Positions 1 through 7,074 of a stretch of 35,711 bases of DNA are shown in pieces. How positions within the stretch are numbered: the first letter of the stretch is position 1; each line of letters begins with the position of its first letter. The notes below the pieces were generated by a model. The model ran no database searches. It was not told the DNA's origin and saw only the letters and a program-made list of their open reading frames with translations. The DNA comes from a virus (lineage: Duplodnaviria; Caudoviricetes), in the IMG/VR virus record IMGVR_UViG_3300006896_000003, positions 1 to 35,711 of that record; one strand, 5' to 3'. A program made the position numbers and the translations under genes.

Positions 1-68
1 CTATATATGTAAATGCTTACGTCTACTTTTTGTATACTTATAGAGCTTCTAAAAGATAGGTGATATTA

Positions 69-554
69 ATGGCTGGAGAGTCTAAGAAAAAGGCAGTTAA
101 GTCTACGGAAACTTCGTTCTCTTTTGCACGGCTTTTTAGTCGCAGGGAACGTTTTAAGGACGCAGAAGAGCTGGAAAACAGGCTCAATGAATACTTCAGC
201 TTATGCGAGAAGCTTCAGGCGCCGGTTACTTATACCGGACTGATGCTCTCTCTCGGACTCAGCGATAAATCCTCTCTGTCAGGGCTTCGCTACCACTCAG
301 AATACGGAGACATGATCCGGACGGCTATCTCAATAGTCGAGGGATATTACGAGGCAAGGCTGTCAGGGAATAACGCGGTTGGAGCAATCTTCGCACTTAA
401 GAACTTCGGATGGTCCGACAGGACTGATATAGCAATATCTGACGCTGATCCAAACAAGGTGGCCTTGAAAGAGTCCCAGCTTGCTGTCCTTAATGCAGGA
501 AGAGCGGCATTTAAAGAGCTTATGGAGTCGGCTTCAAATTCAAATCAAGATTAA
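69..554 (+). CDS. terS: Terminase small subunit (DNA-packaging gp3-like)
   Basis: N-terminal EELENRLNEYF, HTH-like TYTGLMLSLGL and C-terminal GAIFALKNFGWSDR are typical of this TerS family. ATG at 69 follows SD AGGTG (ORF track starts at GTG 60). Confidence 0.85.
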   Translation: MAGESKKKAVKSTETSFSFARLFSRRERFKDAEELENRLNEYFSLCEKLQAPVTYTGLMLSLGLSDKSSLSGLRYHSEYGDMIRTAISIVEGYYEARLSGNNAVGAIFALKNFGWSDRTDIAISDADPNKVALKESQLAVLNAGRAAFKELMESASNSNQD

Positions 555-639
555 GCAGATCTTATATATAGACGATCATCTATCTAACACCAAATCGCTT
601 CATCCTTCTCCTTTTACCTCGCAACACACCTCCTTCAAC

Positions 640-764
640 TGGCAGGCTTGTACCTGCCGGTTGCAAGTTACCGGCATCAGGGCCGGTTCTTGATACAGCC
701 GTAAATACGGCAATACAGGGAACGAGGCCCTTGTCGCCTAGAAATAGAACGCAAGGGCCTGCCA
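640..764 (+). ncRNA. Structured leader or small RNA with competing helices
   Basis: TGGCAGGC 640-647 / GCCTGCCA 757-764; TGCCGGT 655-661 / ACCGGCA 670-676; GCCGTA 698-703 / TACGGC 706-711; AGGCCCTTG 725-733 / CAAGGGCCT 752-760 capped by CTA-GAAA-TAG. Confidence 0.5.
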
Positions 765-803
765 CCTACAGAAACATAAACTTACAACCGAGGAGAGATA
801 GGT

Positions 804-1217
804 ATGCAGGATTATCTTGGAGTAAAGCGCGTTGAAGCCGAACCTTGCGAGAAAGACGGCAAGGATGGATACAGGGTTATTTATCCTGATGGACATGAAA
901 ATTGGTCTTCAAAAGATGTGTTTGATAGGGAATATTTTCTTATCGCGAAGGCAAACAGCCTTTCATCTGACGACATAGATAGATTCATATCTATATCAGG
1001 ATATCAGAATATCGACCCTAAGACCACGCTGGTCAGGGCAAGACTATTGAGCGGGTTTCTTGATTACGAGACATCTTCGTGCGTTGATCCGGCTAATTAT
1101 AACGGGGCAATAGGATACGAGGTGGGCATAGGACACATTAAGGACCGTTTATGGAAGATGCTTGGCTTTGTCCTACAGTGGGCGGACCATGGACTTGAAA
1201 ATAAAATAGAGCATTAA
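804..1217 (+). CDS. Two-domain protein: small beta-rich N-terminal domain plus Gp49/gp66-family (Acb4-like) C-terminal domain; putative anti-defence sponge
   Basis: C-terminal TTLVRARLLSGF..ETSSCVDPANYNGAIGYEV..IKDRLWKMLGFVLQ matches the N4 gp49/Sf6 gp66 pattern. N-terminal YLGVKRVEAEP..GYRVIYPDGHENWSSKDVFDREY. SD GAGGAG upstream. Confidence 0.7.
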   Translation: MQDYLGVKRVEAEPCEKDGKDGYRVIYPDGHENWSSKDVFDREYFLIAKANSLSSDDIDRFISISGYQNIDPKTTLVRARLLSGFLDYETSSCVDPANYNGAIGYEVGIGHIKDRLWKMLGFVLQWADHGLENKIEH

Positions 1218-1256
1218 ATAAACAGTTGATATTTTTTTCTTGAGAGGAGATTGAAT

Positions 1257-1814
1257 ATGCATTATCGCAAAGTTCCTGTAACAATCGAGGCAATAAGGTT
1301 TGAAGACACGAATGAATGTTTAATGGCACTCTGTGCTATGGGACTTGATCCCGTAAGAGTTGGATATGACGTCAATCCGCCCGTTCTTCGCATAAACACG
1401 CTTGAAGGTGAAATGACAGGGCAGATAGGGGATTACATAATCAGGGGTGTGAACGGAGAATTTTATCCCTGTAAGCCGGATATTTTTAATAAAACCTACG
1501 GGCATCCGGAACCTACGAACGGGCAAGAAAGCAAAAGAGGCAAGGAAGGGCTAAGTTTTGGAAAGGCACTTGAACTTATCAAGCTCAGTGAAGATCATTA
1601 CATGAGACTGCCCAAATGGAGTCCTGATGTAAAAATTAAAGTATGGCGCCCATGGCCAGTTGAGAGAGACAACGGCAGGGATATGACAGCGCCGTTTCTT
1701 TATGTACAGAGCCGCTTCGGCCGTGTGCCTTGGAAAACAACGATGATCGAAATGTTCGCAGAAGACTGGGAAGTCTATTGCGAAACGGAGATTACCGGCC
1801 AAAGATTAGACTAA
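1257..1814 (+). CDS. Fusion of a common phage domain (TLEG..GDYII..GEFYPCKPDIF) to a DUF2829/Tad2-like C-terminal domain; putative anti-defence protein
   Basis: C-terminal LSFGKALELIK..MRLPKW..MTAPFLYV..RVPWKTTMIEMFAEDWEV follows the DUF2829 consensus. ATG 1257 is well spaced from SD GAGGAG. Confidence 0.75.
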   Translation: MHYRKVPVTIEAIRFEDTNECLMALCAMGLDPVRVGYDVNPPVLRINTLEGEMTGQIGDYIIRGVNGEFYPCKPDIFNKTYGHPEPTNGQESKRGKEGLSFGKALELIKLSEDHYMRLPKWSPDVKIKVWRPWPVERDNGRDMTAPFLYVQSRFGRVPWKTTMIEMFAEDWEVYCETEITGQRLD

Positions 1815-1817
1815 TTA

Positions 1818-2420
1818 TTGCCCTTGTGTAAACCATGACGCATTTCACCTTACACTACAGGGATTGCGACTGGTAAGGCTTACACAATATTGCACTAATA
1901 TTGATGATATGGCTTGGGGGGCTGGCAGAGACCTACCAAGCCTAGGGACTACGTAGAGCTTGCCACTAAGATATAACTGCCAGTGCCGAGGCAATGTCTC
2001 TCCCGAAACGTTCATACACTTATTGCGTAGTGGTGTATGGACATTATCTGAGGAAATCCTTAACAGGCATACTAGCGAAAGCAAGGCCCCTGTTTAAGGT
2101 GTTCTGCCTCAGTTGTGGTGCGCAACGCACTGAGGACAATATGCCGTTTATTATAAAAGTCCCCTATTGGTGGGCGGCATGTTAAAAATAGCATCAATGG
2201 GGGCATGTAATCCTAGGCTGACGCACATGAAGGTCAGCATCCCTAATAGTCCTGACGGCATGATGAACCCTGTTGCCCTTGTCGCCGAAAAGGAACGAAG
2301 TGGCAACAGGTGGCGGGTACATCCGCGCATATGCCAGCGCGGCATTTTATTATTCATCCACTAGCTGTGGAAGGAGTCCGAGGCGGGGTCCAGTTGTTGG
2401 GCGTCGCCTGTCTTTATTTA
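1818..2420 (+). ncRNA. Candidate large structured non-coding RNA (~600 nt, possibly extending to ~2560)
   Basis: At least ten consecutive helices with G-U pairs, a GNRA loop, a nested helix and possible pseudoknots. No credible SD-led ORF. Ends in a hairpin followed by a U-rich tract. Confidence 0.6.
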
Positions 2421-2655
2421 TGTCTCATCCAAACAACACAAAATCATTTTCGTATGACAAAATGCATTATTTGATACATAAACCCCACGAGGATAGAACT
2501 GGCATCTATCGCCTATATGGAGATGTTGTGCTTTGTCGGCAACCGTGGGTTTATTTTATTTTTTACACAGAAACATCTAAAAATCAGTGGTTACAGGAAA
2601 GAAATAAAGCAACGCGCCAATAACTGATATTTTAAAAAGCACGACACACTATATG

Positions 2656-2753
2656 CATAGGGTATATATAGGGTATGCATATGGTATGTATAGGGTATAG
2701 ATACGGTATATATATGGTATTTGCAAGAGCAGATAGGGTATGCATAGGGTATA
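2656..2753. repeat. 11-bp tandem iteron-like array, consensus nATAGGGTATr (6 + 2 copies)
   Basis: Units start at 2656, 2667, 2678, 2689, 2700, 2711, then 2732 and 2743. Confidence 0.9.
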
Positions 2754-2771
2754 TATACCATGTCTGGAATT

Positions 2772-3060
2772 GGAAAGGGAAATAGAATAGGAATAGGAAG
2801 AAGAAGGGAAAGGGGAAGGAAAACGCCGCCCCGGATAAACTCTTCTTGGCTTTGGTATTTTGCCCAGCTCTTATTATTATTATTAATATATATATATAAA
2901 TATAAAACAAAAGTCAAAAGATCAGTACAAGATATATAGGGTTTAAGTAACGGTTTCTTAAAAAAAGAAAAGGATAGGGAGTATGAGGGAAAGGAAAAGA
3001 GAAAAGCTTCTTTAGTTCAACCGAAACGCAATAAAGATCAAAAAACGAGAAGAAAAAGCA
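2772..3060. other. Purine-rich and AT-rich tracts next to the iterons; putative replication origin-like region
   Basis: GA-rich run ~2772-2824, (TTA)n/(TA)n tract ~2871-2908, second GA-rich run ~2960-3005. Confidence 0.4.
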
Positions 3061-3282
3061 GGGCACCCCGCTTTAAAAGGCCGGCTTTGATTTTCATATT
3101 TTACATCCTTCAAGGTGTATTTATATGACCAAGTGTAAAAACAACCTTTTCTAACTCCACCAGATAGGTCAATTCAAAGCCTAGATAGGGTAAATTTAAA
3201 AGAAGTTATACTAGGATGATTACTTATTCCAGTTTTAAAACTTATGGGCCTTCTCGTGGCTCTAAATATCAAAAGTCCACTT

Positions 3283-3323
3283 AAAGCCATTCTGCTCTCC
3301 GGGGCAGGGTGGCTTTTTTATTT
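3283..3323 (+). terminator. Intrinsic terminator
   Basis: AAAGCCATTCTGCTC / GGGCAGGGTGGCTTT stem (with G-U pairs) followed by TTTATTT. Confidence 0.75.
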
Positions 3324-3350
3324 AAATACAAACCAGAGAGGGGTAGAGAA

Positions 3351-3683
3351 ATGAGAATGACGCTATTCAGAAATAAACCAATGGAAGTAGAGGGAGCTCT
3401 GTTCGATGGAACAGAAGCATCGGCGGAATTTTTCTGTCAGAAGTATCCTCAGTTTTTTGTAATCGGGATTAACAAAGACGATACCTTTGGAGGGCTCTTT
3501 ATCCAAACCGGAGACGGAATACTTCCTGTTGTAGGTGGAGACATGGTCTTTAGGGGCACTGGTGACGGCGGATTCTGTTCGATGGACGAAGATAGTTTTT
3601 TTAAATACTTCGACTGTGATGCGGATGCCGACGTTGACTGTGAGGACTGTATGGGCTGTTCCTTCCCAGAGGTCACAGACTGA
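3351..3683 (+). CDS. Hypothetical protein; paralogue of the N-terminal domain of 1257..1814 with an acidic CxxCxxC tail
   Basis: FRNKPMEVEGALFDG..IQTGDG..GDMVFRG..FFKYF aligns by eye with YRKVPVTIEAIRFED..INTLEG..GDYIIRG..FNKTY. The ORF-track start (3309) lies inside the terminator, so ATG 3351 or 3357 is preferred. Confidence 0.7.
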   Translation: MRMTLFRNKPMEVEGALFDGTEASAEFFCQKYPQFFVIGINKDDTFGGLFIQTGDGILPVVGGDMVFRGTGDGGFCSMDEDSFFKYFDCDADADVDCEDCMGCSFPEVTD

Positions 3684-3686
3684 GCC

Positions 3687-4118
3687 ATGTGGGAAGACTA
3701 TCTCCGGAAGGAGGAACTTGTCAGCATAGCGAAATACGACGGCAGTGAGGAATCTATGAAGAAATTCGTCACTGAGTTCCCTGACAGGTTCGAGATAAGG
3801 GTTTCGGACAAAGGCAAGAAGATGCTCATTATCAGAGATGAGAACGTGTTTATAAAAGCAGAGCCTGACACGTTTATTACAGAAGATTCATGTGGAAGAT
3901 TTTATTGCTATGACGGCGCATTTCTTGACTTGCTCTTCAGACCGCTAAGCGAAGAAATGGTCGATGTTGATGAACTTGCCGAGGCAGAATATAACGCATA
4001 TTGCGGAGAAAACGGCAGTTCTGACGGCCAATGGGACAACCTCGATGATTTTGAAAAAGAGAGGTTTTATGACCGCGCGTCACGCATTTTGGATGAATTT
4101 AATGTCACAAGGCGCTGA
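3687..4118 (+). CDS. Hypothetical protein; diverged copy of the same domain plus a helical C-terminal module
   Basis: YLRKEELVSIAKYDGSEES..LIIRD..PDTFITEDSCGRFYCY..LF resembles the preceding gene (LFDGTEAS). SD GAGGT. Confidence 0.65.
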   Translation: MWEDYLRKEELVSIAKYDGSEESMKKFVTEFPDRFEIRVSDKGKKMLIIRDENVFIKAEPDTFITEDSCGRFYCYDGAFLDLLFRPLSEEMVDVDELAEAEYNAYCGENGSSDGQWDNLDDFEKERFYDRASRILDEFNVTRR

Positions 4119-4152
4119 CAGGGGGACGACTTATGTGTAAGCGGAAAATTTC

Positions 4153-4935
4153 ATGCTAGTCCATCCGGTAACGCTTAGTAAAGATTTTAAAGAACTGGAA
4201 ATACTTGGCTTTTCTGATCTTCATACTGGGAGCCCCGACTTTGATCGCCCGTTATTTGAAAAATATGTCAAATATGTGCTTGATGAGCCTAACAGATATT
4301 GCTTTCTGAATGGGGATCTCATAGATAACGCAACAAAGTTCAGTGTGTCCGATATCTATGAGGCGGATATAGTTTCACCGAGGAACCAAATAATAGAGAC
4401 CGTAACTATGCTTAAACCACTGGCTGAAGCCGGCAGAATACTTGGGGAAACCGAAGGTAATCATGAGAAAAGATCAAGCAGGGATGTTGGTATAAGTCCA
4501 GCAGAGTGTATAGCCGACAAACTAGGCATACCCTTCTGGGGACCAGAGGCACTGCTTAAGATCAGGTTTGGTCAGAATAAACATTTCCGACCGGCGTATT
4601 ACACGTTCTATGTAACGCATGGATACGGAGGCGGAAGACTTAAGGGCGGCAAGGCAAACAACCTTGACAGGTTAAAAAACATAGTCATAGCAGACGTTTA
4701 TATGATGGGACATACTCATGGACAGATGTGCTTTCCCGGCATGGTTTATGAGCCAGACCAAAGAAATGACGTCATAAACGAAAGGATCACATGGTTCGTG
4801 AACTCCGGCAGTTTTCTTGACAGGGGTAGCGGTTATGCCGCGTCATTCGGCTACGAACCACAACCAAAGGGCTGCCCGATAATTTGCCTCGATGGTTGGA
4901 ACAGGAAAATAACGGTCGTACAGGGAAAGATTTAA
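4153..4935 (+). CDS. Calcineurin-like metallophosphoesterase
   Basis: All five motifs are present: SDLH, NGDLID, EGNHE, THG, GHTH. Confidence 0.92.
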   Translation: MLVHPVTLSKDFKELEILGFSDLHTGSPDFDRPLFEKYVKYVLDEPNRYCFLNGDLIDNATKFSVSDIYEADIVSPRNQIIETVTMLKPLAEAGRILGETEGNHEKRSSRDVGISPAECIADKLGIPFWGPEALLKIRFGQNKHFRPAYYTFYVTHGYGGGRLKGGKANNLDRLKNIVIADVYMMGHTHGQMCFPGMVYEPDQRNDVINERITWFVNSGSFLDRGSGYAASFGYEPQPKGCPIICLDGWNRKITVVQGKI

Positions 4936-4957
4936 CCCTGTGAAACGAGGTGGTTTT

Positions 4958-5068
4958 ATGAGCGCTTGGGATTGGATACTTGAAAAATTTAAAAAAATCT
5001 GGAGAAAAATCAGAAAAATAAGAGAATTCTCCGGATCGGTGGTTTTTGGTAATGATTACAGACTGTAA
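4958..5068 (+). CDS. 36-aa cationic amphipathic peptide (MSAWDWILEKFKKIWRKIRKIREFSGSVVFGNDYRL)
   Basis: SD GAGGTG at 4947-4952, ATG 4958, TAA 5066-5068. Fills the gap before terL; below the ORF-track length cutoff. Confidence 0.55.
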   Translation: MSAWDWILEKFKKIWRKIRKIREFSGSVVFGNDYRL

Positions 5069-5072
5069 ACAG

Positions 5073-7055
5073 ATGGTAGAGGAAGAAGTAACTGAAGAAC
5101 AATTGATAAGGCTACAAGAGACAGTTACGTCTCTTGTTACTTTTAGACAAGAATTTTTAGCGGTTTCGTCAGACGTGGAGCCGGCAGATTTTCAGCACAG
5201 ATGGTCGCACTTAATACTGACCAGCCGAGACCATATAGCAATACAAGGGTTTCGTGAAAGCGCAAAAGACCAGTATGTGTACCAGTCAAACATACTCCAC
5301 GCACTAACGTATCCCATGTATAACAGAAGTTACATAGTAATTATTTCAAACAATAAAACTCAGGCCAGCCAGAAGCTGAAGGATATAACCAGACAGTTTC
5401 AGTCGATAGACAACGAGAGGCTCCGCTTCAACGTAGCAAAGATCATTGAAGACTCAGGAGATGCCTTTCAGGTCCAGTATCAGGATGGAATGCAGGTCAG
5501 GATAGAAGCTTACGGCAAGGGGGCCGCTGTGCGAGGAATCGTATGGGGCGCCAAAAGGCCAGACATGGTAATACTAAACGACATACAAGACATTGAAGAT
5601 ATGGAATCTCCGGTCACGCTTGAGAAGGACTGGAGGTGGTTCCTGAGCGACATTAAGTTTCTGGGAAACAGTTCTAGAATATTTGTTATCGGCAACAACA
5701 TGGGGCCGAACTGTGTAATTGAAAAAATATTTGCACATGCAAGGGAACTTGGGTTCAAAACAGAAAGAGTGCCTTGGCTGACAGCAGATTTCAAGGCGGC
5801 ATGGCCTGCTAGGTTCCCGTATGAATACTGTATGGCTGAAAGAGAAGCATATGAGGCTATGGGTGAGATAGACATATGGGAACGAGAGCGTATGTGCAGG
5901 GCCATGGCCGAAGAGTCTCATCCTCTCAAATGGGAAAACATGATGTTTTATGACGAGATGGAACTTGATACATCCGGCATGGCGATAATCACCATGACAG
6001 ACCCCGGCATAAGCGAAAAAGCAGATGCAGACCCAACGGTTATAGTCACGGTTGGCATTGCGCAGGACAACAAATGGTACATCCTTGATGTTGATAGGCG
6101 CAGGAGAAATCCAAGCGAACAGATAAATGACATTTTCAGGGCTGTTGCAAGGTGGCGGCCAATTTCTGTAGGGATAGAGACTGTCGCCTATCAGGAATCG
6201 CTTGCTCACTTCGTTGAAAAAGAACAAAAAGACCGAGGTATATATTTCAACGTCGTAAGGGTAAGAACACGCGGCAACAAGAACTCTAAGATAAGGGGCA
6301 GGCTACAGCCTCTTATGCGGGTGGGAATGCTCTATGCGCCGAAACATGCGCAATGGCTCGAAGATCTCAAGGCAGAAGTTACTATGTTTCCTGTCAGTAA
6401 ACATGACGACATACTGGACGCTATCTCGATGATAGAGGATGCAAGGGCGGATCTTCTTGTTCCTGCGTTTAACAGCAGGACATGTGTTTCGCCCGACATG
6501 CCGATACCTGCGCATTGGCCGCTATGGGCCTCAATGGTCTCTGATCCTGACGGTGATTCAGTTATACTTCTAGGTACATGCTCGCCGGAAGGTCAATTGA
6601 CCATCATTGACCAAATATACGCCAGAGTAACTCCAGAAGAATTGTTTCAGAAATACAAAGACATGCTCGGACACAGGCAGGTTATATCTCTTCAGGCTCC
6701 GATGGAGCTTTTTAAAGAGCGAAGACAGACAGGGCAAATAAGAGTGAGCGCATATACTGCGGTTGGTTTCAGACCGTGGCAAAGTATGTGCGATTACAGT
6801 GTTATGTTGCCGATTCTTTCTAGCTACTTTACTTCTCCTGACGGAGGCAAGCCAAAACTTCAAATAAATCCTAAGTGCAAGAGGTTGCTTTGGGAACTGT
6901 ATAACGCACTTGACGGGGAGCTGAAGGCTCCTGACAGAAAGTCTATACAGGCACTGTTGCTGTGGCTTGCAATGGGGCCAAAGTGGAGAGATATGAAGAG
7001 CCAGCCGATTAGTTCTACGCGCAAGATAAATTACCCAAGCGCTGATATTCCATAA
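5073..7055 (+). CDS. terL: Terminase large subunit with an extra degenerate C-terminal nuclease-like domain
   Basis: Walker A-like GFRESAKD, VRGIVWGAKRPDMVILNDIQD, nuclease motifs MTDPG..D, GIETVAYQ and HDDILDA. Lies directly upstream of the portal. Start is uncertain (5046, 5052 or 5073). Confidence 0.92.
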   Translation: MVEEEVTEEQLIRLQETVTSLVTFRQEFLAVSSDVEPADFQHRWSHLILTSRDHIAIQGFRESAKDQYVYQSNILHALTYPMYNRSYIVIISNNKTQASQKLKDITRQFQSIDNERLRFNVAKIIEDSGDAFQVQYQDGMQVRIEAYGKGAAVRGIVWGAKRPDMVILNDIQDIEDMESPVTLEKDWRWFLSDIKFLGNSSRIFVIGNNMGPNCVIEKIFAHARELGFKTERVPWLTADFKAAWPARFPYEYCMAEREAYEAMGEIDIWERERMCRAMAEESHPLKWENMMFYDEMELDTSGMAIITMTDPGISEKADADPTVIVTVGIAQDNKWYILDVDRRRRNPSEQINDIFRAVARWRPISVGIETVAYQESLAHFVEKEQKDRGIYFNVVRVRTRGNKNSKIRGRLQPLMRVGMLYAPKHAQWLEDLKAEVTMFPVSKHDDILDAISMIEDARADLLVPAFNSRTCVSPDMPIPAHWPLWASMVSDPDGDSVILLGTCSPEGQLTIIDQIYARVTPEELFQKYKDMLGHRQVISLQAPMELFKERRQTGQIRVSAYTAVGFRPWQSMCDYSVMLPILSSYFTSPDGGKPKLQINPKCKRLLWELYNALDGELKAPDRKSIQALLLWLAMGPKWRDMKSQPISSTRKINYPSADIP

Positions 7056-7074
7056 GGCAAGGTGGTGCTAAATA

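Noticed and set aside
1-60. Sigma70-type promoter around TATACT (33-38)
   Set aside because: No acceptable -35 or extended -10 element at the right spacing.
2048-2060. GAGGAAATCC resembling the RNase P RNA motif GAGGAAAGUCC
   Set aside because: One base is missing and no matching 3' P4 strand follows downstream.
1924-2255. Group I intron-like words (GCAGAGAC, GGGACTAC, AAGATATA, ATAGTCC)
   Set aside because: I could not build a consistent P3/P4/P7 core, and no interrupted gene flanks the region. An Rfam scan should still test it.
2656-2753. Possible CRISPR or mini-array
   Set aside because: Units are 11-bp head-to-tail repeats without unique spacers, and there are no cas genes.
1845-2917. 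ORF-track ORFs 1845-2084, 1994-2185, 2151-2357, 2167-2364, 2273-2623, 2591-2917 and 2632-2910
   Set aside because: No convincing SD, atypical composition, mutual overlaps; the last two simply translate the repeat array and low-complexity tracts.
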